Positions 50,066 to 62,710 of a DNA stretch of 64,000 nucleotides are shown here, one piece after another; position 1 is the stretch's first letter; every line of letters starts with the position of its first letter. The translations under genes and the position numbers were made by a program. Source of the DNA: Spirochaetia bacterium (GTDB lineage Bacteria > Spirochaetota > Spirochaetia > SZUA-6 > Bin103); the NCBI GenBank assembly GCA_965203055.1, contig OZ241863.1, positions 1,952,001-2,016,000 of the forward strand, written 5' to 3'. The notes below the pieces were generated by a model. That model did no database searches, was not told the origin of the DNA, and saw only the letters and a list, made by a program, of their open reading frames with translations.

Positions 50066-53000
50066 GGGCGGCCCGGGAAGCAGGGGAAGCGGCCGGCCTG
50101 CCCGGCTGGGAGCGGCTGCGCCACGGCGGCTTGCTGTTCGACGGGACGCGGCTGGCGGAGTTGGCGGCCTTCGCGCCGCCGCCGCTCGACCCCTGGGCCG
50201 CCGGCCAGCTCCGCCAGCGCGCCACCGCATTCCTGAGCGGCGCGACCCCGGACGGCGGCGGCAGCGGCGGCGACCGGTCCGGCTTCGCCGCGTTCGTACT
50301 GGAACGAATCTGCGGCCTGGACGCCGCCGCCGGCGCGTGGACGCGCGGCAGCCGCGTGGCGCCCGCCTGGGGGCGGCGCGCCGTTACCGGCGAGATCGTC
50401 AAGCCGAACCACCTGTGGGAGGGCCGCCGCGGCGCGGCGCTGCCGGTGTTCCTGGACGGCGAGCGGCGCGTCGGCATCGGCCGCGGCCGCCGCCGCGTCA
50501 GTCAGGCGCTCGGCTGGCTGCGCGCCGGCGGCGATCACCTGGCGCTGGTGACCAACGGCCGCCAGTGGCGGCTGCTGTTCGCCGGGTTGGACTACGACGC
50601 CTGGTGCGAGTGGGACCTGGAGCTGTGGTTCGACGAGGGCGAACTGGCCCCGCAGCTCATGGCGCTGCGCACGCTGCTCAACGCCGCGCTGTGGACGCCG
50701 CCGGCCGAGGGCGCCGCGCCGCCGCTGCTGCAGGCGGTGCGCGACACGCGCAAGGGGCAGGCGGATCTCTCCGAGGTGCTCGGCGAGCGCGTCCGCGAAG
50801 CGGTCGAGATTCTGATCCGGGAGCACGGGGAGGCGCTGCGCGCGCTGGTCGTACCGCCGGCGGACTCCGGCGGCGGCGCGCCGGCGGCAGCCGCGCCGGC
50901 CGTCACGCCGGCCGAGGTGTACCGCGCCGCGTGCCGGGTGGCGATGCGGCTGGTGGTGATCCTGTTCGCCGAGTCGCGCGATCTGCTGCCGGGCGACAAC
51001 GCCGTCTACCATGACAGCTACGGGCTGGGCGGATTGCTGGAGCAGCTCGAACGCGCCGGCGGCCTGCCCGGGGACGGCTTCGCCGCCTGGCCGCGCGTGC
51101 TGGCGGCGGCTCCGCGAAGGTGGTCGGCAGCGGGGCGCAGGCGAGCTGGTCGGCCGGCCAGAACCAGCAGGCGCACCAGCGGTCCATCGCCTCTTTCAGC
51201 GACCGCCACGCCGGCGAGCCGATCAGGTCGTCCCGGTAGCGCCGGGCGCGCTCGGCGGCGTCCTGCACCGCCTGTTGCTCGATCACTGCCGCTGGGAATG
51301 GCTGTTCGGCATCGAAAACCGCGACAAGATTTTTCCAATTCACCGGAGCTACAAGTTCAATCCGATCATCGTGCAAAAGGGCGGAACCACCGAGGCGATC
51401 CGCGCCGCGTTCATGCGCCGCCGCCTCGACGACTGGGAGCACGCCGACGGCCTGGTCACCTCCTACCCGCGCGCGCAGGTGGAGCGCTTCAGTCCCAAGA
51501 GCCGCGCCATCCTCGAAATCCAGTCCCGCCGCGACCTGGAGATACTGGAGAAGATCTACGCCAACTCGGTGCTGCTCGGCGACGACGGCCCCGGCGGCTG
51601 GGGCATCCGCTACGCCACCGAGTTTCACATGACCGGCGACTCGCGTCTGTTCCCACCCCGCCCGCAGTGGGAGGCCAAAGGCTACCGCCCCGACGAATAC
51701 AGCCGCTGGCTGCTCGGCGACTGGCGTCCCATCGAGGACCTGTGGGCCGAACTGGGCATCGATCCATCCCGCCCGCAGCCACCCGAAATCGAACTCGAAG
51801 CCTGGCTGTTCGACACCTCCGCCGGCCCCGAACGCCGCGCTGCCGAAGCCCGCTTCCTCCACGGCCACCTGCTCAAACCCGGCGACGCCGCCCGCACCGA
51901 CTGGCGCCTGCGCTGCGCCCAACCGCCCTGTGACCGCCTCCCCCTCCCCCGCGCCGACCTCCCCGCCGGCATTATCCTCTCACGCGAGGGAGACGCCTGG
52001 ATTCGCGAAGAAGACATCCGCGACCTGGCGCTCCCCCTCTACGAGGGCCGCATGATCGGCCAATTCGACTTCAGCCAGAAGGGCTGGGTAAGCGGCAAAG
52101 GCCGCGGCGCCGTCTGGCGCGAAATCCCCTGGCACCAAAAGCAGATCGAACCCCAGTATCTGATGGCGTCTCTCGACTACAACTCGGCGGTCGGCTTGCC
52201 CGATCGCCCCAAGGCGCTGCATATGCGCATCGCCTCTGCCACCAACATGCGCACGGCTACCGCTTCGTTCGCCCATGGCATGCCTGCCGGCGACAAGGCT
52301 GCGGCGTTCTATACCAACAGCGTGCAACACACCCTGGTACTTACTGCCATACTGAATACCCTGGTATTCGATTTCGTCACCCGCTCACGACTCATCGGGC
52401 TGAATCTTGACTATCATGTACTGGAACAGAGTCCATTACCGATCATCGACAGTCCTCGTCTACATCAGGTCATTTCCGAAATCACCGTCCGACTCAACGC
52501 GAATCCAAGGTGGTTCGCTACCCAGCGATTCGAACTGAGTAACGGCGGCTCTCCGACCGTCGTATCGTCAGCGTCGAGCCATGCCGAGCGGGCGCGGCTG
52601 CTGGCCATGCTCAATGCGTTGGTAGCGGATCGGTATCGGATTACCAGCGGAGACATGCTTCGAGTCGTCGATAGCTGCGACCTTCCCATTGAGCGGCTAC
52701 GGAACCGGACGCAAGCGACCGGACTGGATCCCAAGGGTTTCTGGCGCGTAGATCAGGACATCGCACCGGAACTCCGCCACACGGTCCTTACGCTGATCGC
52801 CCTCCACGACCTAGAAGCTAAGATCGAAGCCGCCGGCGGAGACCGCGAGCAGGGCATCGAAGCCTTCCTCAACCAGAACGACGGTGAAGGCTGGCTGCTC
52901 CCCGAAACGCTCCGTCTCGCCGACTACGGCCTCGGCCACGATGACCGCGCCAAACACCATCAACCCGTTGCGGGCAGCCTCGGCCCCCGCTTCTACGACT

Positions 53001-53230
53001 GGCAACTCGCGCAGAGCGCGGACGAATCGCAGCGCGAATGCCGGCTTCACGCCCGCAACCTGCTCGGCGAGTTCCGCTACGAGTCGCTCCGCCGCGGCGG
53101 TCACCATCCAGCACTCGATGAGCAGCCGGAACGGCTGGTAGCCGAACGCGGCGCAAACTACGCAATCGATTCCGGCTCCGAAGAACAACCGGAACTGTTC
53201 GCCTCTGACGAAATGAGGAGGGCAACATGA
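50062..53230 (+). pseudogene. drmMI: DISARM class I adenine methyltransferase DrmMI, disrupted
   Basis: N-terminal part to ~51105 (LVTNGRQWRL...AWPRVLA); inverted fragment 51106-51270; C-terminal part from ~51271 in another frame; no DPACGSG or NPP(Y/W) motif. Confidence 0.75.
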
Positions 53231-53894
53231 CCTCCGCCGCTGGCAGTCGCGCGCTCGCTGAACGTCATCTCGATACCGTTGAGAACGCATCGACCGAAGC
53301 TGTCCTCCGGTGGCCCACGATCAACGCCAAGAACTGGCTTGCCGCGTTTCTCTCGCGAGCGCAACGCGATCCTAACGTAGTCATCGTCTTGCCATTGGAT
53401 CGGCAGTCAGGTCCGGCGTAGACTCCGACGATCTCGACCTGATCGCTTGCTGCCATGATGCAAGCCGCCTGCAAGAACGAGCGCCTATAGAAGTCGACCT
53501 GCGCGCGAAGAACCTGTCTGACGTGGACGAGGAAATAGCGCATGGCGGCGACCTTCTGAAATGGGCGGTGCGCTTCGGTGAGCCGCAATTGGACAAGAAC
53601 CACGCATGGGAAGCGATCGTCCGCCGTTGGGACGATCGTCTGCCGCTGCCCGATCCCGCCGTAGAGCGGAAACGTGCGGCCGCTGCCTGGCGGCACAGGG
53701 AACATATGCGCGACGTCGGCGACGAGGACGCCTTCAACGAGCTCAACGTCTCCTACCTGAGCCACTGCGCGCGCGCCCGGTTGGCGGCCGCGGGAATCCA
53801 CCCCGCGTCCCGCCCCGAACTTCCCGGCCAACTTCGAGCACTGGGTGAAACCGGTCTGGCTACCAGTCTCGAAGCCGCGCTGGCCAGGCGGTAG
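53227..53894 (+). pseudogene. Nucleotidyltransferase-domain protein, frameshifted near 53390
   Basis: Second frame reads AIGSAVRSGVDSDDLDL (GS...DxD) and continues into ORF 53523-53894. Confidence 0.7.
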
Positions 53895-53903
53895 GGTACG
53901 TCG

Positions 53904-54946
53904 ATGTTCAACAGCGCCGCGCAGATGCTCGAACAGATTCGCGCCGCGGAGGACGGGCGCGCCGAATTCAAGGAGCTGCGCCTGAGCGGACGGCGGGTGA
54001 CCGCTCCTCATACCGAGGACTTGGCCGGCGAGTTGGTGGCGTTCGCGAATGCCGAGGGCGGCGCGGTCTTTCTTGGGGTCGACGACGCCGGAGCGGTGAT
54101 CGGCATTCCGGCCGACCGATTGGACGCCGTCGAGCAATGGCTGCTCAACATCGCGACGCACAATTGCGATCCTCCGATCCGGCCGGTGGTCCGCAAGGCG
54201 CTGCTGCCGGCGGCAAGCGGCGGCGACCGGCGCATTCTGCTGGTGGAGATTCCGCGCGGCATCTACGTCCATCGCACCTCGGGCGGGCGCTATTTCGTCC
54301 GCATCGGGTCCACGAAACGGGACCTGATCCCGGCGGAACTCGCCCGGCTCTTTCAACAGCGGGGACGCGAGTACGTGTTCGACGAGCAGCCGGTGCTCGC
54401 CGCGGCCGTGGAACACCTCAACCGCCACCGGCTCGAGGCGTTCTTCGGACGGTCGCCGACGATTCCCTGGCTCGACCTGCTGCGCAACACGCGGGTGACC
54501 GTGCGCGACGCCGACGGCGTGGACCGTCCGACCGTGGCCGGCCTGCTGGTGTTCGGGACCGAGCCGACCGACTTCCTGGCGTCGGGATCGATCGAAGCCG
54601 CCGACTACCGCGGCGCCCGGCTGTCATCCGACGACCTCATCCATGCCGAACGGATCGCCGCCTGTTCCTGTTCGCCGACCGGCTGGAGCTCTACAGCCCC
54701 GGCAAGCTGCCCAACACCATCACGCTCGACGACATGCCCTACCGCACCTTCACCCGCAACCAACTCCTGGTCAACTTCCTGTCGAGAATCCGCAGCAAGC
54801 GCACCGGCCAGGTATTCCTCGAATCGCGCGGCGAAGGCGTGCGCAAGATTCTCGACGCCGGCCACGCCCACTCCGGCCGCCGCCCGGAATACGCCCTGTT
54901 CGGCGACGAACTGCGCCTCACCCTGTGGGCGCGCGGCCCGCAATAG
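53904..54946 (+). pseudogene. AlbA_2 (Schlafen-like) + RecG-C/HATPase_c_4 protein, internally deleted
   Basis: EFKE...VAFANAEGG..LGVDD; switches frame near 54660 to LFADRLELYSPGKLPN...GEGV; the central REAxxNAxxH segment is missing. Confidence 0.75.
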
Positions 54947-55038
54947 CCGCCTGCCGCCGCTATACCCTGCCGTTCCCGCGGGCCGCCCGTCGTCCGTACC
55001 AGCTTGACGAACGGCGAGCAAGCACGGACGATCTCCAC

Positions 55039-55242
55039 ATGAACGCGGAAGCAATAGCGATTGTGGCCGTTGGCGTGACGCTGCCGGCGGTGCTGGTGCC
55101 GCTGCTGCTGTCGGTAAGTAGCAACGTGGCGGCGCTCCGCGCCGAAGTGCGAACGTTCCGCACGGAGGTTCGCTCCGACGCGGCGAACCTGGATCCGTTG
55201 TCGAGACTGGAGGAAGTGCGGCGATGCGAGCCGAAAGAGTGA
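55039..55242 (+). CDS. Small membrane-anchored coiled-coil protein, apparently fused to Rpn-derived sequence
   Basis: MNAEAIAIVAVGVTL TM segment, then a heptad stretch, then LDPLSRLEEVR. Confidence 0.45.
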   Translation: MNAEAIAIVAVGVTLPAVLVPLLLSVSSNVAALRAEVRTFRTEVRSDAANLDPLSRLEEVRRCEPKE

Positions 55243-56165
55243 GGGAATGGACCGCGCCGTGGGTCGCCGAAGGACGTGAGCAGGGCCTGAAGGAGGGTAT
55301 CGAACACGGTATCGAGCAGGGTCGCGCCGAAGAACGCAGGCTGCTGTGCCGCTTGGCAGCGCGGAAGTTCACGACGGAAACGGCACCGCGGTTGTCCGCC
55401 GTGTTGGATCATCTGTCCGACCCGAAGCGCCTGGCTCAGGTCGGCGACTGGATCATCGAGTGCGAGACCGAAGAAGAACTGCTCGACCGTGCGGGACGAG
55501 GTCACGTACAACAGACCCCAGGCCGGCAGCGACCGCCAATTCCGGTCACTTCGCGTCGGGCTCTGAGTTCCCGCATGCGCTCGATATTCGCGTTGGATTC
55601 GGTCGCGAGTCTGAAGCGGATGTCGGCGCTGCTGAAAGACGAGAAGATGTTGCGCGCTGCGTGGGCCGAGGAAGGCTATGAGCAGGGCGTGAAGGACGGC
55701 ATCGAGCAAGGTGTCGAGCAGGCGCGGGCCGAAGAACGCAGGCTGCTGTGCCGCATGACGGCGCGGAAGTTCACGGACACGCCGCCGCGGTTGTCCGCAC
55801 TGCTGCAGCGATTATCCGATCCGGAGCGATTGGCGCTGGTTGGCGAGTGGATCATCGAGTGCGAAACCGAGGAAGAACTGCTCGCCCGCGTAAATGACGC
55901 GGAACACCATGAGCGCGGCTTGAAGGAAGGCATCGAACAGGGCCGAGCCGAAGAACGCAAGCTGCTTTGCCGCTTGGCGGCGCGGAAATTTCGCACAAAA
56001 ACGCCGCCGCCGCTGTTGTCCGCCGTGTTGGAACATCTGTCCGATCCCGAACACTTGGCACTGGTCGGCGACTGGATCATCGAGTGCCAAACCGAAGGAG
56101 AACTGCTCAGCCAGATAGAGGACGTGCTCCCACAGAGAGGCCGCCCGCGCATCAGCGGCCGCTGA
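55224..56165 (+). CDS. Protein of three tandem Rpn C-terminal (DUF4351-like) domains
   Basis: Three copies of EGIEQGRAEERxLLCRxxARKF...LSDPxxLAxVGxWIIEC.TExELL; GGAGG upstream of ATG. Confidence 0.75.
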   Translation: MRAERVREWTAPWVAEGREQGLKEGIEHGIEQGRAEERRLLCRLAARKFTTETAPRLSAVLDHLSDPKRLAQVGDWIIECETEEELLDRAGRGHVQQTPGRQRPPIPVTSRRALSSRMRSIFALDSVASLKRMSALLKDEKMLRAAWAEEGYEQGVKDGIEQGVEQARAEERRLLCRMTARKFTDTPPRLSALLQRLSDPERLALVGEWIIECETEEELLARVNDAEHHERGLKEGIEQGRAEERKLLCRLAARKFRTKTPPPLLSAVLEHLSDPEHLALVGDWIIECQTEGELLSQIEDVLPQRGRPRISGR

Positions 56166-56189
56166 CGTCAATCACGGCCCCGGCCGCCC

Positions 56190-56477
56190 TCACTCGGCGG
56201 CGCCGGCGCCGTTGTCGTCGAGCTGCTGCTTGAGGCGCCGGAAGGCGGCCTCGTCGATACCGGTCGCCGCCTCGATGGTCGACCACGGGACATCGCGGCC
56301 CAGCAATCCCTGGGCGGCTTGCAACCGACCCCTCAGTTCGCCTTCCTGGCGACCTTCCTGGCGACCTTCCTGGCGACCTTCCTGGCGGCCTTCCTGACGG
56401 CCTTGCTCGACCATCCGTTCCACGTTGACCATACCTTCCCGGCGGCCCTGCTCGACCATCCGTTCCACGTAGTTCAT
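56190..56477 (-). CDS. Putative in-frame small Rpn C-terminal protein (RpnS-like, 95 aa)
   Basis: Internal GGAGGAGAACTG-ATG, SD 7 nt from ATG 56477. Confidence 0.6.
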   Translation of the reverse strand: MNYVERMVEQGRREGMVNVERMVEQGRQEGRQEGRQEGRQEGRQEGELRGRLQAAQGLLGRDVPWSTIEAATGIDEAAFRRLKQQLDDNGAGAAE

Positions 56478-57263
56478 CAGTTCTCCTCCACGGCCCGGCA
56501 CGTTGCGGCGTAGCACCTCCCCGAACGCCGGATGCCGTTCCTCCGGCTGCGCCGCCAGCACGTACTCCACGTGCAGCGCCACCGCGTCGAACCCGTCGAC
56601 GCGGTACATCCTTCCCATCAACCGCGACGCCTGTTCCAGCAACTCCTCCCACCTCTCGCGGAACGTGGCCATCATCGTGAGCTGCGCCAACCGCGTTCCC
56701 ACCGACCCCTCCACCGTCTCCGGGTTCTGCCGCGTCTGGTCGATCAGCAGGTGCTCGAACCGCGGCACCCAGCCCCAGTCCGGCTCCGCCCCCGCAACCA
56801 GCTCCGCGAACTGCCGATCATGCCGCCACGGCTCCGCTCCCTGATAGAATACCACCGGCACGATCAGCGGCAACTGCGGCTCGTTCTCGTGCTCCCGGTG
56901 CCACCTCATCCAGGCCATCAGGCAGTAGTTCAGCAACCGCAGCCGTATCCACCGGTCCGGCGTGGATTGATGTTCGAGCAGCACGTAGACGAGCACCGGC
57001 GGGCCGGAATCCTGCTGCTCGACCGAGAACAGAAGGTCGGCCTCCCGGCCGCGCCAGTCGTCGCTGACGAAGCGGCCAGGCACGTGGGTAAGGGTGGACC
57101 ACCGCAGCGTTCGGGCGATCTCCTGCGGAAGGCAGGGGCGCAACAAGCCGGCGGCGTTCCTGGTATCGGAGAACACGCTGTAGAAGTACTTGTCGTGCGG
57201 ATGGATGATCGGCGTTTCCGCCGCGGCGGACTCCGGTCGGTCCGGCGTCTGATCGTCTGCCAT
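56190..57263 (-). CDS. Rpn family recombination-promoting nuclease (YhgA-like)
   Basis: HPHDKYF, READLLFSV, LLEHQS, PVVFYQG; EGRQ repeats from 12-bp tandem units at ~56340-56400. Confidence 0.9.
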   Translation of the reverse strand: MADDQTPDRPESAAAETPIIHPHDKYFYSVFSDTRNAAGLLRPCLPQEIARTLRWSTLTHVPGRFVSDDWRGREADLLFSVEQQDSGPPVLVYVLLEHQSTPDRWIRLRLLNYCLMAWMRWHREHENEPQLPLIVPVVFYQGAEPWRHDRQFAELVAGAEPDWGWVPRFEHLLIDQTRQNPETVEGSVGTRLAQLTMMATFRERWEELLEQASRLMGRMYRVDGFDAVALHVEYVLAAQPEERHPAFGEVLRRNVPGRGGELMNYVERMVEQGRREGMVNVERMVEQGRQEGRQEGRQEGRQEGRQEGELRGRLQAAQGLLGRDVPWSTIEAATGIDEAAFRRLKQQLDDNGAGAAE

Positions 57264-57664
57264 GATACCCGGCGGAGAACGTAGCCGCGCGATACTCCGG
57301 CGTCAAGCCGGTGCCGGGCGGCGGCGAATCGCGCCGATCGTCACCCTGGCACTTCTGCGGCTAGCTCCGGGCCAACTCCCGGCTTACGAGCGCGAGGAAG
57401 CTCTCAAGCGAGTCGACGCCGGAAAGCCACTGGCCGATGTTCAGCGACAATCAAGATGAGAATGCAGCGACAATCAAGATGAGAACGCGCGAGTAGGGCG
57501 GCGGCCTCCGACAGAGGAGGATCGGAGGGGCCGCCGGTGGCGGCGGGAGGGCGTAGCCCGACCGTAGCCGCCGGCGCGTGGGCGGCGCTCCGCGTGGGGG
57601 CTTCGCAGTCGGTGATCGTGGCCGGCCCGGCGTTTGATAGGGTGCTCCGAGATTTCACCCGTAA

Positions 57665-60084
<2,420 letters not shown>

Positions 60085-60087
60085 CCG

Positions 60088-60375
60088 ATGGCGTTGACCA
60101 ACGCAGCACGCCAGCGCCGCTATCGCGCGCGCCGCAAGGCCGAGGCCCGCCAAGTACAGTACCGCAAGCCGCACGACCGCCGGTCGCGCCCGCAACGCTG
60201 GCAGGATGCGGTGCGCACCCTGCGCGACCTCCAGGACGAGTACCAGGCTTGGCTCGACAACCTGCCCGACCCGCTTCGGGAATCCGCGCTCGGCGCCAAG
60301 CTGGAGGCGATCTGCGAGCTTGATCTGGCTGACCTGGAGAGCATCGAGCCGCCGCTCGGCTACGGCCGCGACTGA
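60088..60375 (+). CDS. Small hypothetical protein with basic N-terminus
   Basis: MALTNAARQRRYRARRK...LQDEYQAWLDNLP...PPLGYGRD. Confidence 0.75.
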   Translation: MALTNAARQRRYRARRKAEARQVQYRKPHDRRSRPQRWQDAVRTLRDLQDEYQAWLDNLPDPLRESALGAKLEAICELDLADLESIEPPLGYGRD

Positions 60376-60403
60376 CGGAACCGCCTGCGGCGAGCAGCGC
60401 AGC

Positions 60404-60452
60404 AGCAGCCGGTCAGCGGTCCGTTACGTAACGCTGCTCAATAGCCGATGGG
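60404..60452 (+). repeat. Start of a degenerate duplicate of the small-ORF unit; resumes at 63842-63925
   Basis: Near-identical to ~60044-60091; the sequence after the transposon matches ~60210-60291. Confidence 0.85.
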
Positions 60453-60687
60453 TGTTGGATCCCACATTAAGTCGTTGGAAAGGCAAGCTATCTGCTCAGA
60501 TTGATCCGTTGACGGATCGCCTGGGATAGGGGGCGAATGCGGTCAGGATTAGCTGGCCGCAGGGCCGAGAGTCGGAGGGGGCGCCACGCCGGGTGCCTTG
60601 AGGTCCGTGGGTCGGGTATCCTTGGCCGAGACCCACCCGTAAGGAGAAAGAGGCCCGCGCGGGAAGCACCCCGCCGGGCCGTGACCG

Positions 60688-61314
60688 GTGCAACTTCGCT
60701 ACCAAACGGGCCTCACCGGTGAGCAATACGTTAGCACCGCAGCGTGGCGCGACGCAAGGCTCGACCGGTGCCCCCTTCATCCCCGCCGCGGCAGCTGCTC
60801 GCTGGCGCGCCACGGCACCTACCGGCGCAAGAAGCCGGCCGGCGCGCTGATCGCCCGCTGGTACTGTCCGCAGAGTCACACCACCTTCAGCCTGCTGCCC
60901 GACTGCCTGGCGGCGCGGCTGCCCGGAACGCTCCAGGAGCTGGAAGCGGTGGTCGCGCACGCCGAGCAGGCGGCGAGTCTGATGCAGGCCGCCGACCAGG
61001 TGCGCGGCGACGGCATCGAACTGCCCGGCGCCATGCGCTGGCTGCGCCGCCGCGTGCGCCTGGTCCGGCAGGTGCTGCGGGTGGTGATCGGCTTGCTGCC
61101 GCAGCATCTCGCCGGCTGCCGCCCCGAACTGACCGCCTGCCGCCCGCGGCTCGCCAGCAACGCGGCGCTGGTAGCGCTACGCTCGCTGGCCGCCCCGTGG
61201 CTGCCGGCGCTGCCGGCGCCGCTCGGATTCCGCCCCCAGCGCAGCGCTGCCGACCATCCCAATTGCGCCGCCCAACACCATCCGGGGCCTGTTCCTCGGG
61301 CTCCGCCGCGGTAG
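60688..61314 (+). CDS. Zn-finger/HTH accessory protein (DUF6431-like)
   Basis: CPLH...RHGTYRR...WYCPQSHTTFSLLPDCL. Confidence 0.7.
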   Translation: MQLRYQTGLTGEQYVSTAAWRDARLDRCPLHPRRGSCSLARHGTYRRKKPAGALIARWYCPQSHTTFSLLPDCLAARLPGTLQELEAVVAHAEQAASLMQAADQVRGDGIELPGAMRWLRRRVRLVRQVLRVVIGLLPQHLAGCRPELTACRPRLASNAALVALRSLAAPWLPALPAPLGFRPQRSAADHPNCAAQHHPGPVPRAPPR

Positions 61315-61366
61315 CTTGTGCCCCATCACCGGGTCACCTGACCCCGTACCTCAAGGAGACCGATCC

Positions 61367-62710
61367 ATGCCTGATGCCGATCCCGACCTGCGCCACGAGA
61401 TAGCGCTGTTCCGCTACGGCCTGATCTTCGAAGTGGCCCAACTGCCGCTCGGCTCTCCCGGCATCGGCGCCCAGTTGCGCGCCAAGGCCGAGCAGAACCA
61501 CATCATCCCCGGCTCGCACCGTACCCGCGTGGCCGCAGAGACCCTGCGCGATTGGCTGCACCGCTATCGCCTTGGCGGCTTCGATGCCCTGTACCCCAAG
61601 CCGCGCGCCGACCGCGGCCTGCCGCGGCGGCTGCCGCCCGAAGCCGCCGAGTTGCTGCTGGCGATCAAGACCGAGCATCCCGCCTGGTCAGTGCGCCAGG
61701 TCATCAAGCACGCCACCGCCAGCGGCCAGCTCCCCGCCGGCGTGCGGCTCGCGCGCTCCACCGTGCACCGCCTGCTGCACGCCGAGGGGCTGATGCACCC
61801 GCCCGGCGCCGCCGCAGACGCCGCCGACCGCCGCCGCTTCAGCTTCCGCTACGCCGGCCAGTTGTGGATGAGCGACGTCATGCACGGCCCCTCCGTCGCC
61901 GACGGACGCCGCCGCCGCAAGAGCTACCTCATCGCCTTTCTCGACGACGCCACCCGCCTGTGTCCCTTCGCCGCCTTCGCCCATGGCGAGAACACCGCCT
62001 CCTTCCTGCCGGTGTTCAAGCAGGCACTGATCCGCCGCGGCCTGCCGCAACGCCTGTACGTCGACAACGGCGCCAACTATCGCTCCCAACAACTGGCCCT
62101 GGTCTGCGCCAAGCTCGGTATCGCCCTGCTCCACGCACGCCCCTATCAGCCGCAGGGCAAAGGCAAGATCGAACGCTTCTTCCGCACCCTGCGCGCCCAG
62201 TTGCTTGCCTCCCTCGCTCCGCCCGACACCGCCACTCTCGAGACTCTCAACCGCCGCCTGTGGGCCTACCTTGAAGGCGAATACCACCACTCCCCCCATC
62301 GCGGCCTGGACGGCAACACCCCCCTCGAACAGTGGGCGCTGAGCGCCGCTGAGGTCCGCTACCCCGAAACCGCCCTCGACCTGGATGATCTGTTCCTGTT
62401 CGAGGCCAAGCGCCGCGTCATGAACGACCGCACCGTCAGCCTCCATGGCCGCGTCTACGAAGTCGATCCGCTGCTGGTCGGCCGCACCGTCACCTTGCGC
62501 TACGATCCCGCCGCGCCGCCCAGCCGACCGCTGCAGGTGCTCCACGCCGGCGCCGCCGCCGGGCAGGCCACCATCCTCAACGCCTACGCCAACGCCTTCG
62601 TCAAGCGCGCCCGCCCCTCCCGCCACCTCGAACCCGACGCTCCCGCGCCCCAGCCGCCGCCCTCGCCGCTGGCCCTGCGCCACCTCCACCGCAACCAGGA
62701 GAACGACTGA
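61367..62710 (+). CDS. DDE (rve) transposase with Mu-type C-terminal domain
   Basis: SD AAGGAG; WMSD, YVDNG, GKGKIERFF; RRVMNDRTVSL...LRYDP. Confidence 0.9.
   Translation: MPDADPDLRHEIALFRYGLIFEVAQLPLGSPGIGAQLRAKAEQNHIIPGSHRTRVAAETLRDWLHRYRLGGFDALYPKPRADRGLPRRLPPEAAELLLAIKTEHPAWSVRQVIKHATASGQLPAGVRLARSTVHRLLHAEGLMHPPGAAADAADRRRFSFRYAGQLWMSDVMHGPSVADGRRRRKSYLIAFLDDATRLCPFAAFAHGENTASFLPVFKQALIRRGLPQRLYVDNGANYRSQQLALVCAKLGIALLHARPYQPQGKGKIERFFRTLRAQLLASLAPPDTATLETLNRRLWAYLEGEYHHSPHRGLDGNTPLEQWALSAAEVRYPETALDLDDLFLFEAKRRVMNDRTVSLHGRVYEVDPLLVGRTVTLRYDPAAPPSRPLQVLHAGAAAGQATILNAYANAFVKRARPSRHLEPDAPAPQPPPSPLALRHLHRNQEND

Noticed and set aside
46946..50230. Very long antisense ORFs (also 656-2275, 7988-10819, 29450-32326, 35979-38807)
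   Set aside because: Shadow ORFs expected opposite real genes in high-GC DNA; no recognisable motifs.
55270..56115. DGR template/variable repeat pair
   Set aside because: No reverse transcriptase in the window, and differences between repeats are not adenine-specific.
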